Shown here: piece after piece, positions 12,805 through 25,998 of the stretch
Layout of the letters: each line of letters starts with the position of its first letter
Numbering within the stretch: position 1 is the first letter of the stretch
Assembly (NCBI GenBank): GCA_051362555.1
Contig: CM120648.1
Location: 1,899,721 to 1,963,720 of the forward strand
Direction of reading: 5' to 3'
DNA: 64,000 nt
Origin: Lingula anatina
Taxonomy: Eukaryota; Animalia; Brachiopoda
Position numbers and translations under genes: made by a program
The notes under the pieces: model-generated
Told to the model about the DNA's origin: nothing
What the model saw: the letters and a program-made list of their open reading frames with translations, nothing else
The model's database searches: none

Positions 12805-13741
12805 TCCCGTTCTGTCTTAAAAATAAGGAAAAGAAGCAATTAAAACTGTGATGAGATATTTTGAATAATATACATCACGACTGAGAAATGCACTAAAATA
12901 TGAGAAGGATCCGTACTGATTTATAGACATGAATATTAATGCCACCTACTTACTAACTACAACTTCCTGGCAAACCTCAAGATTCAGCAGAAGTAGCTTC
13001 GTAATGTAATGCCCAACCACGTGCTGTAAGCAGAATGACTTAATGGTAATTGATACTGTTTCTTCCTTAATTTCAATAATCAACCATTTACAACACTGAT
13101 ACTTTTAATTAAAGGTCCCTTAGGTAATTAAGAAAAATAACATTCTTTCCATTCTTGCGCTAGACTGGATTTGGTCAAATATTTGTCACCCGTACAATCA
13201 CCTTGACTTGTATCCAAATTTGTACTCTCTTTTTTCATCCCAATATGTTCAATTGTCAGTTCTATATTGCGTTTCTATGTGTTGTGTCTTCACCCGTATA
13301 TTAAGTGTAACATACCGATTTTAAATATTGACAACTTGAGCTTTGTTGCTATTTAACTCTTACCCTTATTTGTTGAATATTTTAGAATGCGTTATTGGAG
13401 AATACAAATGAAAGCTGCGAAAATAGATATACAGTACACATATACAACGCACGTAATGCATTTATTGGCCATGGGACCGTCTATTTTTGTTCCCTACACA
13501 AAAAGTATACAAAATCCGTTAAACTGGAACAGCGTGTATACCATTCTTTGTGGTTAGAATGGAGTGGCGCTTCCACACTTAGTACACTGTCGTACATTAT
13601 CAGCAAGCGTCCGGTTCATGCCATGCCGTTATAAGCGGGGCCTATTGTATACAGACAGAACAAACTAGGCGAGTTAGGTCGCATTTTTTGTTTCACCAAC
13701 TTAACTTGGAGCATTCCATTTTTAGGATATCACTTGATTAC

Positions 13742-13988
13742 AACTAGAAAAGCACTCCGAGAGCGCAGACCTCCGCCAAGGCAGCAATTTTTGATTATTA
13801 TTGATTATTGATTGATAATTGATCCGGATCACCACTAAAAACAAATCATCTCTTCCTTGGCCCACTTCTGACAGTTCCTGAAAATTTCATCAAAATCGGT
13901 CCATAACTTTTTGAGTTATGTTGATGACAGACAAACAAACAAACAGACAGACAAACAGGGGTGAAAACATAACCTCCTTGGCGGAGGT
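13742..13988 (+). mobile_element. Short non-autonomous Helentron/DINE-1-like element (HINE)
   Basis: Subterminal inverted repeat ACCTCCGCCAAGG (13769-13781) / CCTTGGCGGAGGT (13976-13988), a 3' hairpin ACCTCC-TTGGC-GGAGGT, and an (ACAA/ACAG)n microsatellite before the 3' end. Confidence 0.75.
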
Positions 13989-14163
13989 GATTAATACTGT
14001 TACACTCATGAAGCGACTTGTCTTCATTCCAGTCATTGTGGACACTTCAGGGATTAGATTGGCTTTCTTGAAAGTGAACTTACGAGGTTGGCATTCTTGA
14101 GAACGAAGCAGCTCTCTGATTGGAATACTTCAGGCTCAATAAGAGGGGCGCTGAGATTAATAT

Positions 14164-14358
14164 CTAGTTACCAGGCTCGGTTTTGAAAAACGACACTAGT
14201 TTCTAGTTGCCAGGCTCGGTTTTGAAAAACGACACTAGTTTCTTGTTGCCTGGCTCGGTTTTGAAAATCAACACTAGTCTCTTGTTGCCTGGCTCGGTTT
14301 TGGAAATCGACAATGGTTTCTGGTTGCCAGGTTCGTGTGTAAAAAACCGACACAAGTT
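14164..14358. repeat. 39-bp minisatellite, ~5 copies
   Basis: Unit CT(A/T)GTTGCC(A/T)GGCTCGGTTTTGAAAAACGACACTAGTTT repeated at a 39-bp period. It explains the repetitive ORFs 14168-14353 and 14207-14461. Confidence 0.9.
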
Positions 14359-15024
14359 TCCGGTAACCATCAGGTTTGAAATAGAAACTGATAACGTTTT
14401 ACTTTCAAATGAATATCAGCAAATTCAGATTCCCGTGGGTAGTAATAGCATCACTGGTTGATCCTGAATTAGTTTCTCTTTTTTCCCCCTCCCTTTTTTG
14501 TACTTTCCTTAATCATGAAGTGCGATTCGAAGAATTATTTACGAAGGCTACCAGCGCGCTGCATGTTGTTTTTGATGACATTCTCATGGTCTGCTCCAGG
14601 GTGTAGCTGCCAGAACTGCTCGAGTTCACTAGCCTCGTGTCTCTTTGACAAAATTCATATCAGTTATGGTAATCCTACCTCATTCTTGGCGAAAATAATT
14701 ACAATAACTACGTAAACTATCATATAAAACCGCATATTTCCTGCGCTTCTATTTTATGACTTACCGATGATACAACCCAAAATATGACTGGACTTAAAAC
14801 GCATGAATTTGTAAAAAGGATACACAGTGGAAAAAATGACACATAGGTGTCACAAAGACTCCATTACAGTTATGAAGATGAAGATCGCATGTGAAGATAG
14901 AGCGCGCTTATGAATTAGTTTCTGAAACCCAACGTCATATTTTGTAAACGTATGTCATGTTTCGTGCAGAAGACATAGGACTGCTCCATTAGCGATTACT
15001 TACCATATGGTAGACCTGGGGAAA

Positions 15025-15310
15025 CATGACTCTTTTACAGATGATAATTCGGAAAATATGGAGATCGAAATAACTGTTTTTATGGTTGTTGTATGACTTA
15101 ATATGACTTAGAATCATCCATGTATTTTTGTTAACTAAATTAGGTGAATTCAGTTAAAGAACTGATGCCACAAATTCGCTGATAAAATTATGAAAATTTA
15201 ATAGTTATTAAAACACGATTTTTATCCTTGTTTTCGTTATGTAATAGGAAAAGTAGGGAAAAATCACCAAGAAAATGACTTGGAAAAAATTCCATAATAA
15301 AAGTCATGTA
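15025..15310 (+). repeat. Second, diverged copy of the Tc1-associated non-coding end
   Basis: ACTCTTTTACAGATGATAATT..AATATGGAGATC and TAGGGAAAAATC..GAAAAAATTCCATA match blocks at ~4970-5170. Confidence 0.5.
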
Positions 15311-15779
15311 ACTGAGGAAGTCTCTTGGCCCTGTCTTATTTATTTATTTATTTATTTATTTTGGTAGTATTTAGCCTATAAGCACGAGGAGAAGTCATAA
15401 TCGCATTTGAAAGCCTGTGCAGATTTAATCCAAAACAACAATGGAAACCACGTTGGTTTGCTCGTGCTTTTCTTCACCCTGAATCTCTGGTTACTCGATC
15501 ACGTCTCTTTTAATGCTATCAGTAATCCTGTTAATTCAAAACTCGACACAGTATTACTGACCGGTGAGTTCCTTAACGGATTTGGACTGGTTTTTATTCT
15601 AATGGTAATAGATAATATAGTCTAAAGTCCATATGAAATGTCCAGTAGACTTCACAGGGGTAAAATGAAGTCAATGAATAAAAAGACAGTTAAGATATTA
15701 AGATATTAAAATATATAAAAAAATATATATATAGACAGTTAAAATGTTAAGATATTAAAATAGAACGTTCAATGTAAAG

Positions 15780-16820
15780 ATAAAAAGCCAGTGAAATCGG
15801 TTATAAAACTTTTTGAAAATAAAAGTTTTTAATTCTTTTTAAAACTGTCCTGAGACTATCAGTTTTTAAGTAAATTGGGAGAATGTTCCATTCATTTGGT
15901 CCATAGACTTGAGGAGTAAGGTCGCCGTATGTTCTAAATCAGGCATAACATGACATCAGCAAAAACTGGTCAAGTTATCATAAATTACGTTTTGGAGCAT
16001 AATGATCTTCTAGTTTTTATAGGTACGGGGGTGCTGATTGATAAAAAATTGCATGCATAAAAGTTACATTTTGAATAAAATGCGTGCTTTAACTGGGAGC
16101 CAGTGCAGCTGCTTTAAAATGGGTGGAATATGACTCTCCCCGGCTGTACGGGTTAAAAGACGCGCTGAAATATTCTGAATCGCTGCAGTTTTTTCTCTTC
16201 GTTCTTCGGTAAGGCATAGAGTTGCAATAGTCCACACGAGAGGTGATCATCGCATGAATAACTGCTGTCACAGAGGATTGATCCAGGTAGTTTTTAATAG
16301 CACCGATGTTTCTAATGTTAAAAATGCATGATTGGGTGATGTTTGATATTTGTCTATCGCTGGAGAGAGTGGAGTCAAAGTAGACACTCAGGTTTTTCGC
16401 ATGTGGTATTAGGTTCACAACACTGGTGCCTACTGGTAATTAAGTTGACGATTCTGTGCAAATTGCTTGTTGTGTGGTTGCGTGATTAATAAGAACTCAG
16501 TCTTCCTGTTATTAATTTTCAGTATGTTGTTGATGAGCCAGGCGTGAATATCAGCCACGCAGTTGGTACATGTAATTTTATCCATAGACGGTTTAGGATT
16601 ATGTATGTCACAGCAAGTATAGATCTGAGTATCCTAAGCTTACCAGTGATATCCAAGTTTGTGAAGACGTACCACAGTAAGATGGCATCAAGTGGCAGGG
16701 CATAAATGCAAAATAAAATTGATCCAAGGATACTGCCTTGGGGCATCCCAAAAACAAGTTGTGAAAGATCAGAAAGTATGGCGTTTACCGAATTTTGTTG
16801 TGACCTCCCAGTGAGGTAAT
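15780..16820 (-). mobile_element. Decayed non-LTR retrotransposon (L2/CR1-group reverse transcriptase 3' fragment)
   Basis: Frameshifted RT motifs G(M)PQGSILGSILFCIY, AKNLSVYFDSTLS, NIRNIGAIKNYL and HAMITSRVDYCNS, with multiple stops. Confidence 0.85.
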
Positions 16821-18253
16821 ACTGGGAAACGTGCTGATATTTCTAGAAAAAATATTTTTGGAATATAAAGGCCGAAGGTGCATCGTGTGTGTTTTAGGCA
16901 TAAATTGCTGTCACTTTAACAAAAGATCTCATTATTGAGTGAACTAAGAAAAAGGAGGTGAAACGTTAGTGCAAAATGCTATATGAAACATCGATATAGG
17001 CATCAGGTCATGTGATCTAATTGATGCGTTATGATTGGCCATTTACTAGTCCACAAATTCTAACCGATAATATTTTTGCTCAAATTTAAAAATCAATTAA
17101 AAAGGCTCGCACGAACGTTCACTTAACAGAAACCTGTGTAAGAAGATTGTACAATCAATAAACCTTCAGTATATCCAGTCCTTCCAGTCAAATTGATCAA
17201 ATGAGTTTTGTTTTAGAAGGATTTTCTTACACGATTTATTTTGCAACAACAGTCCACCCCCTATGTCTTTCTACCTTATCAGAGCCTTAATCTTCTTCCC
17301 ATGAGAAATAAGTGACGATAATGACGAGGAGGATGAACAGAGACAGTAATCATTTTACAAAGACCTTTGCCACGAGTACGGGTGTACTGCCTTCAGCAAG
17401 ACTGACAAACAACCGATCACTGAGGACAGTTCATGTGAGAGAAATGGTCTCTGATCCTTCAGTTTTCCACATTTCTTTTCAGACGTGCGCATAAACTGCT
17501 TTTATTTATTTTCTTTTTCATTTCTATTTTTTTTTTTTTTTTGCATTGGGCCTTTACAGTAATTATATAGTGTCATTCAGTTTAGCTGATTGCGGTTAGC
17601 GAGAGTTCTAGCACAGTTGGATCGATCCAGGTAGACCGATGGTGTCTGTGGAAATGGGGTCTTACAATCTTAAGTGATTAAGCGTAGCAGAAGCGAAGAA
17701 GTTAAAGAACATCATATATATTTATATATATTCTAATAATTGAAAAACGGTCTTTAAAATAGACTTTTCTTGGATATGTTAAAACTGTATGAGAGGTTAA
17801 TGGTGGTAATTGACAAACTGGGAGGATGTCCCGGGTGGGCAGGATCGTTTTCAACCACTGGGCAGTGACGTGTATTTTGACCATATATACAATAACGAGC
17901 TTATATAATTAGCTAGGATCCTTGCAGCCATGTTCCCTATTGACTGAAAACAATATTGTACGTCGCAGGTGCTAGGGAGCAGGTGCTTGAGGCAATTAGG
18001 TAAAATATTGTGCTACCTGGCTCATCGATTTTCTAAAAGTCAAACAAGGACTACTACGTACCATAATAGCATAATTAACACAAATATATGTACATATATC
18101 TGGGAAAGAGCTCCCCCTCCCGAGGTCTGGCACACAGGTCAGTGGATACATGTGGTCATTATCTTGATGACCAATAACTGACCATCCAGTTGACCATACA
18201 GGAAAGAACTGCGTTTATATTTTCAAAAAAGAAGAAACATAAAGTCAAGACCA

Positions 18254-21070
18254 ATGGCCACAGAGGTGAGTCGGAAGATAACTTTTCAAAACCACAAAAC
18301 TTTTTTCACAAAACTTGTGTTTTTTTTCCTTTTACGTTGCAATTTCAGTTGAATATGTCGGTTCATTTAGTCACGTTTACTTACAGTCCAACATTTGCCC
18401 AAGTGATATTTTCCAAAAATATAACTAAAGCCCATGAAACTCTGATAGATCCTAAATTAAAATAACTGCATTTTTAACGACGGAGCAAATATTGTATTGT
18501 CTTTGGGAATGGTATTTTGTGATATGGATTTACCATTAGGTTGGTGCATCCAAGATTTTGTTAAGGATGGAGAGAGGGGGGGGGAGACTTGATGAGAAAA
18601 CAAAACGCAGAGCGAAGCAAGGCAAATTTCAAACAGAAGACGAGGACAATCTCGCTAATGTATAGGAATGGAAAACTGTTTGGATTTGTTTTGCTGTGAA
18701 CGTTGTGCATTGTTTGTTTGTTTGTTTGTTTGTTTTTTTTTTAATTTTTACTTTCTTTACTTTTTAAGCTTTTTGTGGGGAGGGGGGGATAAGGACAGTA
18801 GGGGCCTACTCTGAGGCTAAGTCGGGGGGGGGGGGAGGGATCTGCTGTGTTCCTCTCGGGGTCCAGCCTTGTATTTCATCTTTGTTTTCTTTCAGACTTT
18901 GTCCTTCCTTCTCAGAATTGTCATGACGGTACATCTATTGCTGTTTCAATGGCCTCGGTACACTCAAGAACGTAGGTAAAAGACACAGAGAGATGTTTTT
19001 TGGTGCCAAATACACCATCAAAGCAAATATAGGCGCATCTTTGCCACCTTTGCCTTCGTGCCATTCATTCGAAATATTGTATCCAAACCCGTAAACCTGT
19101 GATTTAGATCAAAGTTATGACATTATGAGGTTTTGTTGCCTTTTTTTAATTAAAATTTTATGTTTAAAATGTTCTTTAAATGTCGTGAACATATTATCAT
19201 GTACTGTAATAACAGTGACCCCAATAGCGTAAAAAATGGGGATAGGGGTGCAAACAGTCGAATGAAGCCATGTTGACCCATATAGTTAAAAAATTGCTGA
19301 TTATTTATAATAATAATTTTTAATTCTAAAAGGTTCTACACGACCATTAAAAACTGAAACGAAACTAGATTCATGCTCAGACTGATTGAACTAGACTAAA
19401 ACGTTTTTTTTTCATCTTTTCATGATTATGTTTAATTGTTTTTCAGAATGTGCGCCAACATGGGCGTTCACCGATTTTTACATGTTGTTTCGATCCTGCA
19501 AAGAACTTCGCGATTACAACGCAGATGCTCCTAGCGGCCTCTATTGGATACGAGGGAAACAAGGGCCGTTGCAGGCAAGACATGCGAATTAACGCTTAAT
19601 AGGCATTAGTTTCCTCTAACAGGACCATGCGGATATTTTTCACTAGATATTGACAGTTATCTGCATGGCTAATTCTGCACATATTTTGGGACCAGTGTTT
19701 AAGGCTTCGTTCACATGAAAAATCTATTTTCTAAAAATCTATTTTCTATTCGCGGTATCTCAAGGCATTCAGATGCCTGAAAAACAGCACCCGTTTCATA
19801 TCGACCAATGACAATGAAAGTGTCATCAATGTATCTATACCACAGTCTTGGTTTATCCGTGGAAGTACGTGTATAGCAGTTATATTTTCATCATGTTCCA
19901 CAGTTTGTTCCACTGTACGATGCTTCATGTACCAACAATGCCCAGTAAGGCCTACATGTAAAACAGTCCATCCACAGAAAAGTGCAAATTTGGAAACACA
20001 TCGAGTATCAATGTTCTTGTGTCAAGATGTTGCTTTGAATGATAAAATATACAGTGCTAAAACAAATATCACAATATTTGGTTAATCGATAGCCAATTTT
20101 GTCTTTCATGCAATGCATTGTCCTAATAACCAGTTCTTTAAAGAACTTTCAAAACGCCGACAGTCGACAGCGATGCCATAAATAAGAGGTTTTGACTTCG
20201 GACTCTTTCCAGCCCATCAAACTAGACTGATATGGTGAACAAAATTTTGTGTTTTAAATATGTTGTGGAGATAGGTCTATACATGACCGATGCATGTAGG
20301 CCTACCCACTACTTGAAACTGCAACGGCCCTGAATTACAATGCTTTTACCAACTACCCATAGGGTCGCTAATACACATTATCCCTATTGGTATTGATCGC
20401 AAAGTTAGATCTTTGCTACATTACATCCAACGCTAGATATAGGCCTATATTTTATTTTCTTCTGCCTAGAAAGACCTATCAAACATTTTCGTGGGCGTCA
20501 TCTTCTTTGTTTTCTTATCACAAAGTAGACTAGAAAATTCCCGATCTTCAGGTTAGACCGATACTAACACACTTGTGCTATTTCGTGAAATCTGACCCAT
20601 GCGATTTTTTTCATTCTTTTTGTCTAGGTCTACTGCGAGATGGGTATGCACAATGGAGGGTACACATTTCTTCCTAGAATAGCTATCCGGCGAGACAACG
20701 AGAGTCTCGTAGATATCAACGAGATCTTCACGGAAAGAGATCACGTAATGTTACGGATTTTGACGAAGAGCATCCCCCAGGCGTACACGGTGGTGTCTCA
20801 AATCAAATTGTACGAAAAGGTGAGTAAAGAAAAGGTATTTTTTGTCTTTGATATATTTGTGATGAGGTACGCCTGTTGGTTGCTCTGGATAAAATAACGC
20901 ACTTGATATAAACCTTGATGCATTTGTTTCAATACTGTAATAAATTAATAAATACTGTAGATTAATCCAACGAAATTAAAGCTACATTAAACAATTTGAA
21001 AAGATGTTCCAGGCCTATCTGTTAATTTTATGTACATACTTAAATTACCAAATATTAAACAATAACAAAA

Positions 21071-21109
<39 letters not shown>

Positions 21110-21605
21110 GCTGGTTAAGGCTAGAAATAAACAAATGCGTATCACTTTCTCATCCATTTATTTCTTAACAAAAAAATAGGTTAACCTCACTGTCAGCATA
21201 TCGGCGGACTTGCAAGAATTCCCGCCACCGAAGAACACCGAATCCATGGGCCCCTACATCTACCTTGGTTTCTTACCTAAGAGTCTGGCCGCTAACCCAA
21301 ATAACAATATCCAAGGCTTCATCTCAAACAACCAAGAAATTATGTACCAAAATTGCGATGGCTCCCCTCAGAGCTACATGGCGTTTTTCCCAAACGAGAA
21401 CGAGGGCCAGCCTTCGAGTTACCAAGCCGGCTGGGAGCCTCCGATGATGGGAGGATTTTTCCACTCGCTGAGACACCTGACATCGCCGCGATTACTTCCT
21501 TTGGATTTTTTCTTCTTCGCCGAGATTCACTTTGGAGGGTGTGGTGCTTTTTCGCAGAGTGATCGTTGGCGTAACGCTCTCGGGATGGCGGTGGGATTGC
21601 GGTAG
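18254..21605 (+). CDS. Uncharacterised, probably secreted ~277-aa protein with an N-terminal fibrinogen-like (SCKE..SGLYWI..QVYCEM..GGYT) module
   Basis: Exons 18254-18265 (ATGGCCACAGAG|gtgagt), 18896-18971, 19447-19574 (GC donor), 20628-20819 and 21180-21605, all phase-compatible. Hydrophobic N-terminus, RSCKELRDYNADAPSGLYWIRGKQGPLQVYCEMGMHNGGYTF, and C-terminus ...NCDGSPQSYMAFF...FAEIHFGGCGAFSQSDRWRNALGMAVGLR*. The first two exons are less certain. Confidence 0.8.
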
Positions 21606-23476
21606 AAAAACTCCATATGTGGACAGTCCTTAAAGGTGTGACCACAAAATCCGACATGACATTCTTCTGAATTAAAGACTAAACTTTCAAAAAACTGAAA
21701 ACCCCTGGAAGTGCTACAGATGTAAGTGAACATTAAGAAGTCTCAACCGAAAGCGATTGTGTTGGTGACTCACCTGTTGCAATTAGCACTTTACAACGAT
21801 AACATTCATTGTATTGGGACACAATTAAGTTTTTGACGTTTTTAAAGATTCCTTCCTGTTGTCAAAGGGTGTGCATTATGACTTTATTGTAATACATAAT
21901 AAAGATTAAGATTGCGTCTTTGATTTTTTACTTCAATTAAAGGTTTCAACCATACATTTCCGAAACAGATTTCTCTGTCTCCTAAGGTAGATTTAAAAAT
22001 AAAAAGCAAGGTTAGACTTTTGAAAATTCAGGGCAAAAGTTACAGAAAGCTAATAGTTTTTTAATATCTTATGTCGATTATTTTCAACGTGTTGGAATTG
22101 ACCCTTAACCGTTTTCTGCATAATTCCCTCAAAATGTGATGACAGTCTCGGTAACTTTTATAAATACTTTCTTAATTACTCGATGACCTCTTGACAACTC
22201 TCTTAAAGATGACCAAACAATCCTCGAGATGAAATTTGACTTTATTTTCATGCCGCAACTTCGTATAATTTTGACACAAGGAGATCCCCAGAAAAAAATG
22301 ACATGAGAGAAAAATTAAATCAAAAGAGAACTATAAAAATGCATAATTTTAGTGTACATCAGTCGGGTTACTTTTGGAGGAACGCATAACAGAAATTACC
22401 GAATCGGTGACAAGGCCACCTCTAAATTGGTGATATCAATAATAAAAATAATTAAAAAAGAAAAAAATCGTGCCCTGGTTCATTTTAAACTACAGAGGAC
22501 AAACAATGTTACCCATGTTTAAATAATCGCATCACTGTATGATTAAGTAACACAGCATTTGGCTACGAGTTCATGTCGGGCACCGTGTACCAAGAAGAAA
22601 ACGGAGAAACAAAAATAATAATAAAATGAAGATAACAAGTCGTATCAATCGATATTTTTCAGCAATAAGAAATATTAACAAGTACAGTCACCTTTAAAAG
22701 CTCCACCCTAAATAGGTTCATTCTCACAGCATAGATGAAAAAAAAGTTATAATTCTTCAGTTGCACTCCGAAATCTTTTCGTCGTCCAAGCTCCGTTCAC
22801 AGCTTCCAAATACAACCATTTTTTTTCTCAGCTTGGCGCTACAGTCGTCTCGTGTAACACGAACGTCCTTGCTCTTTCCTTGAGCTCATCGTGTGCTGGT
22901 ATTGTTGGTTTTATTAATTTTCTTGACATATCCTAATTATTCCGATAATGCATTTGTTATTTCAATGGACTGTATACAAAATTTGCATCTTGATATCACT
23001 TGAGGGACTTTGGTAGATTCACGGAGAAGTCCCCCGCAACTCCTCTTCCCCCGACTACGTGACCCACAACAGCATGACAATTTTCACGATTACCCCCAAT
23101 TTACCTATTGGGTCACACTTACTGTTACAAGCACATTACCCCCTTGTACATAATTTTTGTAACAGCATGGCCTTAAACTGTCTACCTTAGATTCATGGGA
23201 TGGAAAAAGAAATCTGTGAAAGAAAGTGATCACCCATATGGGGGGTGGAATTTATATGATGACAAAATTACTTTTGATGGGGTAGGGAGGGAGGGGGGTT
23301 AAGAGAAATTACTTTTAATCACTTAAACGTGACATTACTCCTCATGGTGAATCTGCCAAAGACCCAGTTGATGTTCATCGATGGTTGTTTTTATCTCTTT
23401 CTCTCCTCCTTCATGCACTGCCTGTTCTTAGTTTCACATCCTTTACTGTCCCAGCCCTGCTTTTTATTCCACCTCT

Positions 23477-25955
23477 TTACACCTTCTTGCTACTGTCAAC
23501 CTTTATAGCAACTGGCATGTCGGTGCCCATGCTTGAAAGAATAGTTATCTGTAAAAAAAGAAAAAGAAAAAATAAAGAAATAATAAACAAAATTACTCAT
23601 TAAATCACCAAACAGTAAAACTGATAAATAGTATTCAACCAATTAGGTACTCCATACAGGAAGTACCTGTCAAATCAAATATTTTCCTTGAAAAGGGGAG
23701 GGGGGGGGGGGGGGGGAGTAGTTTACTTGTACAAAAAATTGAACTTGTGGACAATTTCAAGTTAACATATTACAGTAATTCTGTATATTTCCTCTGCACC
23801 TTGTATGGTAATACATTATCCAACTACTATACAGATTAACCTGTATGTTTTATAGCACATTACTTAACAGTCATTTTTACCTAGTCGGGTATATGGTAGG
23901 CGCCTTTGTTTATCGATATAGATCAGTGTTTCCCCTGCACTTAAATGAGCGAGGCGCCCGCCTCGCTGATATTTGCAAGCGCCTCGCTGAAATTTGTCAA
24001 AAGCACCGCCTCGCTGGACTATATGGAACAACAAAGTATATTTTCACTCATGCTAACTGAAAATTATATTTATTTCTAAGCAAATATGGCATTTTCTGTT
24101 TACATACGTAATCCCATGCTTCTGAGCACTCGATTTAGTAGCAACGGAAAGACGCATGCGCGTATGCCTAAAAATAACCAGCAGTTACTATCTCCCTGTG
24201 AGTGCCTCATTTTCGCAGTTCTGTGCCTTATTTGAAGTAAAAGAAACAGAGCGAAACGAGGCAACTGTTCTTGACACCATTTAATCACGTGTCAAGAATA
24301 CACTTTCTCTATCACTTCATGTTCCGAAATTCAGACCGCCTGTTGTTTGTTTTTATAGTTTACGAATATTCACTGATAAAAAAGGAGCAAATAAAGTGGA
24401 CTTCGTTGATTTTATAAACTTGGAGAAGATTTTCTATTGATTTACGGGTGAGTTTTGTGAAAGCAGTAGCGTTGTAAAACTGGGTCACGTCAGTCTTTCG
24501 CGTGGAAACCTATGCATTGAATATGAATTTCCATGACTGAATAGAACCATATAAATGAATAAACGAAGAACTAAAATTGATAATAAGTGTGATTTTCATC
24601 TCTTTAATTCCGAAGAATTCATTTAATGGTGTTTGAAGTTGTTGATTATAAATTACATCTCAAACTACGTGTAACTAGTAGCGGGAGTCGCTTTGCGCTG
24701 AACGACAAGAGAGAGAACTTTTGCGGCAGTTTTATATTAGGATAAAGCGCTCCCACACGCAAAGTCAATTGACCAGTTACTTTCAAAAGAATGTGAAATC
24801 GGTAAAAACAACATATTTTATCAACTTTTTGGTCAATTTAAAAATAATTCAATGTAGTAAGCCCTTTTTCTCGTTTCTTGTAAGTATTAAAGAAGTTAAC
24901 TTTTTTTTTTTTTTTTTTTTTTTGAAAGAGTATGTTCTATAAACTGAAAAGGACTAAACTGAGTGAATGCACAGACTGGAAAATAAATTTTGTCCAAACC
25001 TTTGTTATGTCATTATTGAATTTACTCCTCAAAACATCTAAAACAAGACAATTCAGTGCCACATAAAATGTAAAAAAAAATCAGTTCTAAATACCCTAAA
25101 ATGCACCAAATTGCACCTCGATTTAAAAAATTTTCCGGGGGGGCATGCCCCCGGACCCCCCTAGTATTGCTGGGATCGCGGACTGCCTACCACCTCGCAG
25201 AGCTTGAAAGCCAGGGGAAACACTGTAGATCATATGTCTTGTGTTGACTTTGTGTTTACCTTGCAAATGATACCTACCATAAATGTCTCTTCATCTTTCT
25301 TCCATTTTTCTTTTATCTCTGCGGCCAGGTTGGTGTCGTTTTCTGGCAGTTTAAGATCATCTCTAGTGTTACCATCATCCTCCATAAGACTGAGGAAACC
25401 GTCATCAGTTAAATCCACCAGCTGAAGTAGGAGAATAAAATATATAAATAAATAACAAGGCAGCAAAGCTGTCAAATGTACAGACAAAATTCAGAAAATC
25501 CACCAGCTGAAGTGGAAGTAAAAACAAGGCAGCAAAGCTGTCAAATGTACAGACAAAGAACAGAAAATAAAGATGCAAATAAGTGAAAAATTAAATTTTC
25601 ACAAAAAACTGTTAAATTGCCAGAAAAATTTACCAAACAGACTGCGTTGCTTATTGAAGCTGTATGTTAGACCCATGTTTCTCTCCTGTAAGGCTGAGAA
25701 CAGTAAGTGACATGATTTCCCTTAAATGGTCATCATAGGAGCAGTGCCCAAAATAGGGGTTTCTTCAAATTTTGATGCAACATTACATAATATTTAACAG
25801 CATAATGACAATCAAATGTTATTAATAAAATATTAGTAACATGGACATTCAGAAAATGTGACAAGCAAAAGTCTTCAAGATCATGGAACTTTAAAGTCAC
25901 ACCTTGAAAATGCCAATATGTGAAAAATTAAATTTTCACAAAAAACTGTTTAACT

Positions 25956-25998
<43 letters not shown>

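Noticed and set aside
14164-14358. Regular 39-bp repeats resembling a CRISPR array
   Set aside because: The units are contiguous with no unique spacers, there are no cas genes, and the context is eukaryotic. It is a minisatellite.
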